A DNA stretch of 64,000 nucleotides from Phoronis australis. Its lineage: Eukaryota; Animalia; Phoronida. Shown in pieces: positions 51,201 to 64,000 of this stretch. The notes under the pieces were generated by a model. That model made no database searches. It worked only from the letters and a program-made list of their open reading frames with translations, and was not told the origin of the DNA. The stretch covers positions 1,800,757-1,864,756 of the forward strand of contig NMRA01000009.1 of the NCBI GenBank assembly GCA_002633005.1, read 5' to 3'. Position numbers and translations under genes: made by a program. The first letter of the stretch is position 1. Each line of letters opens with the position of its first letter.

Positions 51201-54200
51201 GTATCACTGTCATCATTCACATCCTCGTCACTCTCTAGGCACACCTTCTTTGTCAGTTCTTTGTTTCTCTCTAGCATTTCCATCACTTGATTCCGACTCT
51301 GTAACAAGAAACTTGAGTGATACAATTACGAGTGCTGTTGACGACTGCCACAAGGTCACATCCTACACTTTATGCCAAGGAACGAATTTCCTCCTCCATA
51401 GTTTCAACAACTTTCTTTCTTATCGATCACAGAAAAGCATAATGTACCTGAAAACAAGTTTTCATACAAAACTGTTTCTTTACTTATCAGTGCTTTTTGA
51501 CCAGAGAATTTGGCTGTTGTAAAATTTACAATATTTTTGGAGATAAATTGAGCACAACATTGGCAGCTCAATAATCACCAACTGAGTAACAAAGCTGTTT
51601 TAATGCCAAAAATAACATATCAAGGCCTAGATATTGGATTTTTTATACAGTTTTCTCTATTTTCAAACAGCGAAAGTTTCACTTACTTGTAATCATTTTA
51701 ATTCTGTATTGAATGATAATCATAAGTAATTTCTTTTAAAAATAGTATTCCTAAATCTAGTACCTTTTTCATTTTTTGAAAGTACAAATTTTTGACAAAT
51801 TTCCAAAACGGTAGTATTGTACAACTTTATTCCTCGGCATTTTACAAACAAGTGATGGCAATTCTTTCAAGGTCAATAAGTAACTAAAAAATTCTGCCTT
51901 CTGTTCTTCAAGCTGTTGGTGATTAAATCATAATTTGGAGGACCAGTTTCAAAGAAATAAGCAAAACTATGATCAAATAGGAGATGAATACTACTGAAGT
52001 CAAATGATCAGGCGGTAGCATTGTTCGGCTAAATCAACCAACTGTTTTCAATGAACTTATCGTTTTGCTGCAGTAAACTGAAACAGCTGTCACTGAACAA
52101 TCCACGTCTTTCACGTTCACGATCTATCTATCATTTTCTAGGTGAAAAACTGCAGCCGAGTAGTATGGCTAAGCGATCGGCGCAGCTTATTGGCAGTTCA
52201 TTCTCCTAACCAAAAGACTCGTTGTGACCTTCCTGAAGTGGTTACTGTATTGTAATGTCGTTAACAGCCAATTATCCTGGCTCAGACCACTATCCCCAGA
52301 AAAGGATCAAATGGCTACTCTCGGGTCAAAACGTAGGGTCAGATCTGAAAGCCAAAACTGTGTGAACCTGGGCAGATCACTTCATAGCTGACAGGTTGCC
52401 TAGCGACCATTTTCCTTTCTTTTGTCAAGCACGGTCACATGACATGCAAACTCCTCTAAATGACAACTAATGGGTACCAAAGCAAGACGATTTTTGTAGC
52501 AGTAGTTTAGGAAATGAAAGCTGAAGATTAGAGAATGGTTTCTTCTAAGCCAATAAAAATGCACTTTTCAAGCAGTAGATCTGCACACAGATATAAATAT
52601 GAGGGCGCATAAAAATATAAAGAAAATCTAAAAATTCCTCCTCAACATATCGCTTCAACATTTTGTAAAATACAGACAGACGGTCACGAGGGACAACAAG
52701 GCATGGGATGACAAATTTATGATTGAAATTGAAACATTTAGCTCACCTGTTCATCATGCTTTCCGAAGATCTTTTGGCGAGCCAAGAACTTACTTCCAGT
52801 CTTATGTTTCAGACTCATCCTCTCCTGCAGACAAAATGAAAGTAAAGTAAACTAAGCCGTCATAGGTTGGTACAATACAGTGACTTGGCCTCCTAGTTAC
52901 TTTACATACACAGCAAAGCCTCAAGCAACAACAAAATAGTCATTTCTTATCAAGCTCTTAAATAACTTGAATTGTAATCCAAGAACGCATTCAAGTAATA
53001 TTAGAGCAGTGAGAGGCTTAAATTAGAAGTTACTTATTTACTGAAGTTCATATCCTTCATAATTTGCCAAACTTTGTTAGTCGTACAAGTGTTACAGTAG
53101 TAAAGACCCCCACAGAGTGTAAGTGACTTAAAATTCTCACATACCTGGATTCTACTTTTCTCAAGTGCCTTCAGTTTTTCCAGATATTCTTCTGGCTTAG
53201 ATTTTTTCAATTCGTCAAAATCTTTCACTTCTTGTTTCAGCTTACCCTTGCGCAAGATACGATGAAATCTGCGGCAATATGATATTAATGCATTCAAATA
53301 CCTCCAAAGGACAAATTCTCAAACTGATGAGATACAATCTAATTTTTTACACATGGAAATTCAACAAAAGCTTTTATAAGCACCTACCATTTGCATCACA
53401 AATGTCAAAGATGTACGGAACAGGGGTTATTTTACAGAAACAGGACTCAAATCTATTCATTTGTCCCAAGATTGCACACAGTTCACAACAAATTACCAGA
53501 AGTGGTTTCCTTTCATATTGGTAGTTTTGAGTATATGAGTACCAGTAAACTGAAATTCTGTCAGAGGGAATTTTGCTTCGGCAAACTTGAAATCATATCA
53601 TAAACGATGTGGCTTCATCAAGTCAAAAATGAAGCAAATGGCGTGTGCGTGTGTTAGAAGCATACTGTTTTGAAATCGATGTCTGACTTTCCTTTGATGC
53701 AAGAGAAGGACTGGTGTTAGTAAATGACCTTCATCAGATTGCGTTTCATTTAAACAACTGTACCGCATAACATAGGTGTCATTTGAATGTCGTTACAAAA
53801 ACGTACACATTGTTGAAAGCAGTAAATTTTGATGCCAGTTTTGAGAGGACTACAAATTGAGTTGTGGCAAACTGATCAGTGAGCTTAGCTTAAATTGCCA
53901 ACTTGTTAGACCCATGGTTCACTAGCTGTGTTTCGAGGTCACTCTCACAATAAGACATACTTTTTACTCTTGATCTTCTTCAACCTCCTTGCCTTTGCCT
54001 CTTTGTAGGAGAGTAGCGCTCTGTATTTCTGTAACTCAGCTCTGCGTGTGCGTGCTTCTTCCAGGCTCATTGCTCGTAAAGCCTTCTCCTCTGCTTTGGT
54101 CAACACTCTACCTTTGGGTAGGTTACTGTCACTTCCATGTAGTAAGGCAGCTACTTCCACTTCTAGAGGAGTGCGCGGCTGAATACAACAGAAAGTTATG

Positions 54201-57200
54201 GAAACGGAACAAAGGGAGGGGTCGGCATCTTGTCTACCGAACTCAAAAAAACGCCGATGGAATTTCATATTCTAATCCTAAACTCCACTATGCTGGTTTT
54301 GAGTCACTCCAAATAAAACTAAAAGGTGGAGCCTATGCAAAATCAAAATATTTTTCAAGACTTAGCACATGAGCTCGGCCCATTCACAAATAGAAGATAC
54401 CCACTTATTAAGAGCTAAAAAGAACTTTGGTCAATAATTTACCTTTTTTGGGGCCTGTACCTTCACTTTGCGACAAAACGCAGTTTTAGTGCCGATGAAA
54501 TAGTTTGGTGGCATTTCATTTCCATGTATAATAAAGTGATTACAAGTTAATATGGTTAGAAAGCATACTGATTTTCACTGAATTCAAACTCTGGCCTAAC
54601 ACAAAAGGTGAATACTCTCATTGAATGTAACACTGGGTGTCTCAACGATAGAAAGCTTCACGCAGTGAAAATTTGTATTGTTGAAATGACGTAATTTTAG
54701 TGATTGTCAACACACCCATCAGGAGGCTCGGGCTTCAGCAGTTGAATTAGGGGTCGTCGAGTGCACAAAATGTGGAATCAAGTTTTCCTTAGAATAACTA
54801 ACTATAAAAAATGAAATTGTTTTGAGTCTTCATGAGTTAACAGACTTAAAATTTTTTCTCTATATGTTTACGATGTCCCAGTTTAATACAGGAAAAAAAA
54901 CTGAAAACAGCCAAAAATGGGGAACTTCTGTCATACTCTGTTCAAACAGATTTCTAGCTGCAATTGTAATTCAACTCCAGGCCTCTGGACGTCAACATGT
55001 CAATCGCACAAAATGCAGAATTCATCATAGGCAAACAACGTTGGACAAAACTAACCAACATTGTTTCTGTAACATACCTGGAATCGCTTCACAAATTGTT
55101 CAGTGGTTTGCAGCCTCATATTCGGCTGAGATAACGGAAAGAAGATCTGCTCAGCCTTCCGGTTTTTCTCCACCACGGGGTCCCACTTGGCCATCTCCTG
55201 TTTGGTCGTGCTGTAGGCAACACTACGTTCAATCTATAAAAACAGGTGCAGACATTACACTTAGGAATGTTCAACACAAAACAAGTATACGTTACTTGAC
55301 CTCTATGAGCGCTAGCATAAGTATACCTGACCACTATGAGTGCTAGTATAAGTTTACCTGACCACTATGAGTGCTAGTATAAGTATACCTGACCACTAAG
55401 AGCGCTAGTATAAGTATACCTAACCACTATGATTGCTAGTATAAGTATACCTGACCACTATGAGCGCTAGTACAAGTATACCTGACCACTATGAGCGCTA
55501 GTATAAGTATACCTGACCACTATGAGTGCTAGTATATGTATACCTGATGCTGTTCATTCTTTGGTAGTGGTGTAGACAAGACTTGTGTTCTCTTCTGAAC
55601 AAGCTCCAATTGCTTGCGTATACTGCTGGATGCTGTGGTCTGTTGGAAGCTCCCTACCAGATCACCAAGTTCCACCTTAGAACCAGCTAAAACAAAGCAG
55701 GAAACATCCACAGTTAAAACAGCAATTTGACAGTCAATTACCTAAAAGTGATATTGTTTAACTGCGATAACCTCAATAGTGCTAAGTATTGAGATGTACA
55801 TGAGTGAACTCGGAGCTGTAAGAAAATAACTACTCCCTGAGTAAGAACACATATGCTAATTTTCAAAGCTTTAGCAGATTGTAGGATACAGCAGAAATAG
55901 CTACTAGGTGGTGCAGAAAATGGGAACGGATCGTTGTTTACTAATAGATTGATATTTGCTTATTTCATGAAAGTCCACCAAGGAACGCCAATGATGTAAC
56001 AACAAATCTAAAATAAGGACTATGCCAAGTGGTGCAAAGTACACATGACTGCACTACAAACTTCTAAGGGTGTTAATAAGTATCACAATAAGAGCTCTGA
56101 TAAAACAAAGAAATGAACTGGAAACGCTCTTTCCCCAAAAAATACTGAAAAAGCCCACCCCTTAACTGGGAGATTCAGATTGAAGAGTGGCATAAACCAT
56201 TCTAGTGATGCCCTACATCCAGGGGTGTTTAGGTCTTCTGTTTGCTTTCTGTAGTATGTTGAGTGCGTGCTCGGATATTGCGCGAGACTTCAAGACAACG
56301 TGGAATTTTCAAAAGGACGCCAAACAAAATAAGAGGTTGCCAACCAGCAGTTCGCTGAGTTGAGCCTTGCTTACTTTTCCAAAGAAAAAAACAATACCCC
56401 TTAATGAGGTAGGGGTTTAAAAATAAAATAAACCTTTCTACTCACCGCTGCTGTGAAACTCAGAAGCTGTTGGTGTCGCCTCAGTTCTGACACTATGGCT
56501 GGACCTACGATAAAACACAATGCAATACGTGGCCATTGATGAATAATCAACATAGAATATTTGTCTCTAATCAATAAAGGCAACCAAAACACCCTTTTTA
56601 GGGTTATGAGGAATGCCAGAGTAATAGCCAAACTTGGTTAAGATTGGAGCATCATATTGAACAAATGACTAATCGGTTTCAAATTTAGAAAGACGATTTC
56701 TTACGAACTTCATCTATTCTCCAGAACAGAAATTGGTTTAAGTGTTTTCAATGTTGGTTGGTGGATTAGTAAATAATATCAAAGAGAGGATAGGCAAAGG
56801 TAGGTATGTCCCAGATGATGTCGAGAATAGCTCACTGTTTTTTGTTGATGACTTAGTGCTAGTTTCTGACACTGATGTCGAACTACACAAAACAAGAACA
56901 ATGCCGACCGTTGAAATACATACACGAGTGTGACGCAAATGGTGTGCTTCTAATGGTGTTCTTTTTGTATCATGAAAATGGACATAAGATAGCGCAGGAC
57001 ATGTCAAATCCATCCCAAACTGGAAAAGTACTGTCATCTTCATAACAGAAACTGTTTTGCCAAATTTCGTAAAAAATATCACGAAACTTCGAGTATATAG
57101 GTAGCAAGGTAAGAATTAAAACTGTCACTAAGGGACACACCTGCAGTCGGATTGGTCTGAAGCTCGTCGTCATCTGTTAGCATCTCCATAGGAGTATATC

Positions 57201-59368
57201 TGCCAACTTTCACAAATATCCTCCAAAGAGTTATGGAGATACAGCCATGGCTTCAAAAACAAAATTCCCAGCAGGGGTTGCCAGAGTATTTGAACCCCTC
57301 CGGAAATTACTGTCAGCTGGGGCCTTTTCATCAAGAGCAATCTCCCAGTTTTCCTAATCATGATCCTTTCAACCGTTTGGCAAATTGTAAAGCGGACGTC
57401 AAAAATATACTCAAACACTTTAAAAATTGCAACAAGGTGGCAGAGAATAAGTCAAATCTGTCTGAAAACACGAAGGCATCATCGTCTCCTTAACAAAGGC
57501 AAACATAAAAATCTAAAACTGCTACTAGGGGCAGAGCAGTAGTCAAATCTGGCCACAATTGGTCATAGTCTGTTGTCAGCTTCGTACGAACACATCTGTC
57601 AAATCTCATGATACTACAAGGGGTGCAGGAGATACAACCATGGATGACGGATGCCCAGGCAGAGATGACGGCAATATGCACACACATATATGGGTGCATA
57701 AAAATCAATAGGCTTAGAGGAATTTGTCGCAACTGGAACCTCAAAGTGAACCTTGAAAAAGCTATTGCCTTGACACATGGAGGAACAGTTTCCTCAAATG
57801 AAAAATGTTTTTTTGAAGTGAACCCAATGGAGTAGAACTTTAACAACACTGGCACAAAAATAGTGAATATGACAGAAGACAGTTTATCTAAAAAACACTT
57901 CTGGATTTACTGGACAACATGATATCATATGCGCTATAACATGGTATGGAATTATGGGAAAGTATGGTGTGTAGGCCAGTTGAAAATGCACATTTAGTTT
58001 TGTAAATATGTCATAAAGAAATTGATGCTTGTCAATCTCTCTCAAGAGTTTTAGAGAAAGAGAGACAGACACGAGATGCAATACACAAGACAGAGATGAC
58101 AGCAACATGCACCCACATGGGCATATATGGGTGCACAGCAAAATCCTAGCCTGAAATTATCAGTCGAGTCACTTTGATCAGAAACTCACACGTCAAAAAT
58201 GGCATTCAGAGATTGAAGAATTGAAACTCTAACTCAATCACTCGCTAGTATATGGAGGTGGACAATTTTAGAATCTGCATCATGAGACCAGACACATAAC
58301 TCACCGTTTCTTTTGTCCAAGCCTGGAGAAAGTATCCAACATCCTGGCATGCTGCTCCTTATCAACCTCCTGCAACAGTGTAGCTCAAGTTGGGCATGTA
58401 CACTTTATTTGAGGATATTCTAAGTATAAATACTGTAACATTGAAGCTATTGCATTGATAATGCCAATAAGTTTTGTACAACACAGACAATAATAAAATC
58501 CCACAAGGGAACCATAAATNCCCGTGCACATGTATGTAGGTATGCATGACCATAAAGTCATCAGATATGCTTTAATATATTATTTGCTTAGTATATACCA
58601 ACAAAAAAAAACACCATCAGCTCATATCAGCTGAGTTTTAGAAGAAATGTTTAACTAAAAAACAATATTGCATCCACTTATCAATTCTCAAAAATACAGA
58701 GACCATAAACAATTACGATTTTGGCCTAACACAAGACTTGCCTGATTTTGTTTAAATGTCGTCAAGACAATGTGAACTTTGGTTTTTTCAACCAACTTCC
58801 GAGACATGATTGAGGAGCCAGTGCAGGCAAGACCTGGAGAAGCTAAAGCATTTCAGGATATCTTCAAAACTATCGCCACATTTTGCTCAGATTTAGCACA
58901 GAAATAAAAGACAGGAAGAGAAAGATTTGTTACGATTTGTGGTGTCTGGGATATGTATTCCAAAGCATATGATGGCGATATCTACACAATCCCAGGGCAG
59001 ATTTTCTCAAATTTTGCTCAACGAAAGATAAACAGTACACTCTCTTTAAAATGCCCTGCTCATGTCAATGGAAACCTCAGATCTTCCTACAGAAAGGAGA
59101 TTACGCTCCCACCTTCCAATGGGCTGATGAAGACCAACTTTATTGATACCACAAGGCTCCTTTCAAACCCAGGGAAAAGGCTGTTTTGATATTGGTCAGA
59201 GATGCAACAAAGGAAAAACTAATAGGGATTGTAATAACTTTCTGAAAAGTAGCTCGTGTGCACTGTCTCCCAAAACAACAACAATCTGTGATGTGAATTA
59301 TGTAACGTTACCTCATCTTCACTGCTATAGACAGTCTGGCTAGTGTCTGCAAAATCATGTTGTCTCAT
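48219..59368 (-). CDS. UTP14: U3 small nucleolar RNA-associated protein 14, 11 coding exons, ~769 aa
   Basis: Exons 59368-59312, 58369-58305, 56504-56446, 55686-55544, 55233-55078, 54178-53961, 53268-53145, 52824-52747, 51298-50232, 48929-48830, 48461-48219 (GT-AG, phase-consistent, 2310 nt). Motifs KWDPVVEKNRKAEQIFFPL, PRTPLE, KARRLKKIKSKKFHR, ERMSLKHK, AFADDDVVAEF, LPGWGDWGG, LPFPF...PIGRTWN. Confidence 0.92.
55297..55546. repeat. 31-bp minisatellite, ~8 copies, abutting a UTP14 splice donor
   Basis: Unit CCTGACCACTATGAGYGCTAGTATAAGTATA. Confidence 0.92.
56780..57835 (+). pseudogene. Decayed non-LTR reverse transcriptase fragment split by ~0.8 kb, in a UTP14 intron
   Basis: SLFFVDDLVLVSDTDVELH (~56830-56890, degenerate YADD motif) and KINRLRGICRNWNLKVNLEKAIAL (~57700-57772), which are normally contiguous in LINE RTs. 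Confidence 0.6.
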
Positions 59369-59559
59369 TTCAACAGATCTGAAATAAGAAAGTCACATAC
59401 AGCAAAATCGAGGCAAGGTAAAACTCATCAACATCAAACAATGGACAGAAACAGCATTCTCCACAATGGAAAATCCAAATAGGTCAGAATGCGAGAATGC
59501 CAAAAACGTGCCTCAAAGATGTACTTGCATGTTCCTAACTATGCTAATGTATAATTGTT

Positions 59560-59930
59560 CGTTCAGTTCCCAAAATCAGCAACTCGCCATTTTTTACACT
59601 GCGCGCGGCAGGTGATATGTCATACCCCTAGTGGGTGTAGCGTAAAAATGGCCATTTACCCATTTTGGGAACTGAAGGAGGGACTGCACGAATAAAAAGT
59701 TGGACAACGGGAGTATAAGTTAGATTTGGACAGAATTAAAGACATCGACAGCCTCCTAACTTGAGGCATCCCTATATGGCTCTATGTGCATATGGGCCAT
59801 AAGGCTAAACGTGACTTTGATGTTTTAGTCGGCGTGAGCCATAATTCGCCAAAAAGCTTCAGACGTATGAAGTGCCTATAGGAACTACACCATCTCTATT
59901 GACCCAGGTAGAAACGGTGGTCACTGGCTG
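59560..59930. mobile_element. Internally deleted, diverged member of the long-TIR family
   Basis: Contains TTTTGGGAACTGAA...CGTGACTTTGATG...CATAATTCGCC...CCTATAGGA and terminal palindrome, ending GGTCACTGGCTG. Confidence 0.6.
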
Positions 59931-60613
59931 ACTAATGCCTTTTATTTTGCTGTAATTAGGGTGAGCAAACAAAAATTTGGCAAGAGCGAAATTTTGCCAT
60001 TTTTCATGATTTTCACAAGCTCATATCTATTAGCATACTAAGTGGTGGAAAATGAAAAGTATGCCAGTGAAATATTTAATTTTTCTTCTTTCTATTGATA
60101 TCCATTACAAATATTTGGGCATTAACGAGTATTTTTAAAAATTGAAGTAAAGTGAGCACTTCACACATTTTTCACTCACCGGTAAATTCCTGTGACTTCT
60201 AGTAGGGGTCAAACTTTTAGCTGCTAAATGACCGTTACTGAACCGATTTTAATATTTATATCAAACTGTTTGCTACAAAATTCTGCTTTCAACCCTTAGT
60301 GAACACCTTTTATTTTTTTTGACAGAAATATGAGAAAATGTACTTTTTTTAAATTTACTACACTCAATGTCATAATCACCAATCATGTCCTAATCCATTC
60401 CTGATCAATTTTGTTCCCTTTATCTCACCATTTCTATTTAGGAACAATTCTAAAAAGGTAACTTCAGTCATTTTTCAAGAACCATATTTACCTTTCCAGG
60501 GTTCAAACTAAACTCGAACCTGATTGGTCATATGTATTCAACAGAACCAGTCAAAACTTCTCTAAATTACAAAAAGTGGCCCAAACTTGGTGAAATATTT
60601 TCATTAAAATAAT

Positions 60614-61118
60614 CAGGGCTTGGAATGACCAATGACAAAAAACGCAGAAACTTTTACGGCCCAAATCATGCGCGCTACCCAGCCTTGAATTGGTTGATGT
60701 GAACCTTTCCCCCGATAAAAATCGGGAGGACTAAAAAAAAAAAAACCTTACCACCATCAGTAGGATGCGTCTACGTCCTTTTAGCTCGTCCGTCCACTCC
60801 CAACCCCCACATCTTTGGTGGTTGCAGAGCCCCAGTATTTGTCGCCGCGGTTTACAATAACACGAGATGCCATTGAAAATCCCATCAAGCTATCCCAGAT
60901 GTCCCGGCAATGTTGACAATTTACGTTCCTCCGAAACATAAAGAGCAACTTCCCCTTTTCGAGGTGAACGTCGTCTGCAACGCCGCGGTAAGAAAGGAAT
61001 TTGCTGCGGAAATTTTAAATCAAATCCGATTTTTTTACGCGGAAATATAATAAAATACGCGGACAGAACATTTGAAAAAGGCGGAAATCCGCGTTTCCGT
61101 GAAAAATCCCAAGCCCTG
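60614..61118. mobile_element. CAGGG-ended MITE
   Basis: CAGGGCTTGG ... CCAAGCCCTG; GCGGAAA subterminal repeats; AATAAT repeated on both flanks. Confidence 0.65.
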
Positions 61119-62625
61119 AATAATATAGAATATTTCTAAAAGTCAATTTACTTCAATTTTGGGGATAGAGTCATTTTTTTCTATTTTCTTCAAATATATT
61201 TTTTGTTACTTTTACTACATTGTGGTGGCGCTGTGATCAGTTTTATTTTTAGAAAATTACATATTTCATCAAAATAAATGTTCAGTTAACGCCGCAGAGC
61301 ATCAAAAAATTTTAGAATACAAACATGCACTTTTTGGATAGTCACCAACACAACACCTCTCAGTTTCTATATTATTTGATAGGAATGAAACTGATTTAAA
61401 ATTTGTTGAAATTTTAGGGTCCAATTTTAAATAAACAATGAAATACTCTGAAAAAGACTAGGTTTCTGGTTTTTGCTCATTTTGAATTCATTTGTTATGC
61501 AAATTTCATTTTTTAGAATTATTTCAAAATCTTTTGGAGCAAAAGAAACATGTTCACTAAACCCACAGGCATCCTCAGCTTCTGATCGTCCCCAATACAC
61601 TATGTAGAACACTACAAGGTATGACAAAGCCAAAGAGGTAACAAACGAAACGTTATAAAATTTACATGCGCTGCATTCATAGGATAGTCGTATCAGGGGG
61701 TGGGGGGTAATTACCCGCCCATTTTGGGGCAAAAAATGTAAAATACGCAGGCAGGTTAGGAAAAAAATATGGCACACAATTTTTTCCACTCCTCTTTTCA
61801 AGTATTACACTCAAAACTACATAAAACGCTCTCCAGAAAAAGCATAGTCATCTGGGATAGATTGTAATCAGCTGATCGTATCCGCATGAGCGAAGCCAAT
61901 TATCCTCGCTCATGACTCGATGAATAGAGCAGCTAGGCGGGATCCTTTTGATCGTGTGCTGAGCACGACACAGCCAAGGTGGATAAATAGGGTCTAGTTC
62001 AACCCGTCAGACCTCACCGTTTTCCCTGATCAGTGGGCGATCAGCCCTGGTCTCATAACCCAGTTGGAACTCGGATATTTTATTTACTCACATCATTTTC
62101 CCACACCATGAATCCCTGTAACGTGAAGAAATACCAGGAAAAATGAGATTCGGGTTTGTACAGTACTTTAGTTGTAATTTACAATGGTAGATGTCGTTGA
62201 TGGAGCTAATGCATTGAAAGATGGATGCACATTAACGAGCGATTTCTAGCCTATCACGTATTAGTACGTTTGTGGGCTAATGTTTGGAAAGTACAAGTTT
62301 ATATCGAAACAATTTTAACATAAAAGTGAAGAGTGAACAATTACAAATCGATTGAGGGACATATCATCCATGTGTGATCATTTTTGTTGGAGATATGAAG
62401 GATTGAATGGGGTATGAATAGGGATCGCTCCACAACTTTAGCAGCAGAATAACGGAAGAACACCATTTTTTCCAACACCGTTAACTAATTTAGTTTAGTC
62501 AAGGAAGAATGTAGTTTTTAATGACGCTAATTTTGTGTCAGATTTTACCTTGCCACTTTTTTACCCATATCGGTGCAAAGCTGTAATATTCAGCTTTGCC
62601 TTTGTGCCAAGCTCAAGCCAAGCCC

Positions 62626-63420
62626 TAGGCAATAACCATCGCCTCTGTTGGCCCGAACCAGAGGCGATGCAGCTCCTATAGGCGCTCCATACGCCGGAAG
62701 CTTTTCGGCGAATTATGCCTCGCACTGACTAAAGCATGAAAGTCACGTTGCTATAAATACCTTTTGCGTATAGACGGACACCTTAGGAGGTTGGAGGTGT
62801 GTTTAATTCCTTCCAACTCGAACAAATACTTCCGTTATCGAACTTTTTGTTCGAGCAGTCACTCGTTCAGTTCCCAAAATCGTGAACTCACCATTTTTAT
62901 ACTGCACACGCTCCAATTTATACTGCGTTCGCTAGGTGATGTGACTTCATGACCTCAATCTTTAAACAGGCCAAAGGTGAGCCATTGCGGTCTTGTCAGT
63001 CAAATATTCGTTTCCAAAATGCCACCACTTATACTTGTCTTTAATTGGCGTTACTTGAAACTGATTGTATTTCAATGAATTATTGTTTGTATGTGATAAA
63101 AATAAATGCTGTTGATATGACATTTAATAGTCTTTGTGCACATATTTGACATTTTAATGTTTAACAATGACGGCAAATGCACGGCTGGTTCCCGGCAGCA
63201 CGTACGCGAAGGGCGGGAACTTTCAGCTTTCAAAGTTCGCCGGTAGGACCGCAACTTCTGACCTTCGGCCTGGTTAAAAGAATCTCTTGGCGTGCATCGA
63301 GTGAAAATGTTGAGTTCACGATTTTGGGAACTGAAATAGGGACTGCTCGAAGAAAAAGTTTGATAACGGGAGTATTTGTTCGAGTTGGAAGGAATTAAAC
63401 ACATCGACAACCTCCTAAGG
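62626..63420. mobile_element. Copy of the long-TIR family, right TIR truncated or interrupted
   Basis: Starts TAGGCAATAACCATCGCCTCTG; colinear (inverted) with 17271-18221; similarity stops at ~63421 where unrelated repeat-like sequence begins. Confidence 0.8.
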
Positions 63421-64000
63421 TAGGGACGTGACAAAAAAATTCAAATTCTTATTTAATATTTAAAAATGCATTGATTTAAAAAAACATCCAAAACAGATTC
63501 AAACAAAAAAAAAATTAACAAATTCCGTTGAGCCGTTGACTTTTTATGAACGTTTGAAGAGCGATAATTAGCCCTTTATTTTAGTCCACTGAATACATGT
63601 AAATGAATGGGTGTATATGTGACCCAAAATTAGTTTTTTCACAATAACTTCCTCAATACTTTTAATAACAACGTGAAAATTTCAGGATATGACATTTACT
63701 TAGTGAGAGACATTTTTAAGACAACAAAAAATTCCAAATTCCAAAATGGCGGACAATATGGCCACCATTACGACTGCAAAAACGTCTTATTTTACGTTAA
63801 CGAACTATATGGTGTGACATACCATTAACGAACTATATGGTGTAATATATCAAATGATAGGTCTTTTCATTGCTTTTTTGAAGAGAATGATGAAAAACAT
63901 GTTTAGGCAATATTTACAACATTTCTGCAATAGCTGCCAAAATGGCTGCCAACATTACTGCATTAACGACCACCAGAAGATTGATTCAGCAACCATGATG

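Noticed and set aside
58800-59189. Coding-looking stretch in a UTP14 intron
   Set aside because: Contains stops and no motif I can identify; the UTP14 model is phase-complete without it.
60170-62060. First (non-coding) exon and promoter of UTP14
   Set aside because: Several candidate minus-strand donors (~60180, ~60751, ~62018) but none can be chosen from sequence alone.

Overview
AT-rich metazoan (probably invertebrate) genomic DNA with spliceosomal introns. (1) 6803-16809: an apparently complete, intact ~10.0-kb AcademH-type DNA transposon flanked by a 10-bp target-site duplication (GTGCGGTCAA). It has split, internally palindromic terminal inverted repeats with unequal spacers, and two convergent intron-containing genes: a 5-exon ~942-aa DDE (DUF6589-like) transposase on + and a 3-exon ~437-aa RecQ-family helicase on -. 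(2) A family of non-autonomous TAG...CTA long-TIR elements (one copy with a 9-bp TSD; four full or partial copies) whose subterminal palindromes show compensatory changes. (3) Two convergent host genes: EEPD1 (+, 7 coding exons, ~577 aa) and UTP14 (-, 11 coding exons, ~769 aa). (4) Many MITEs (Harbinger-, Tc1/mariner- and CAGGG-ended), decayed LINE fragments and minisatellites. All gene models were built by hand from GT-AG junctions and phase compatibility; no database searches were run.
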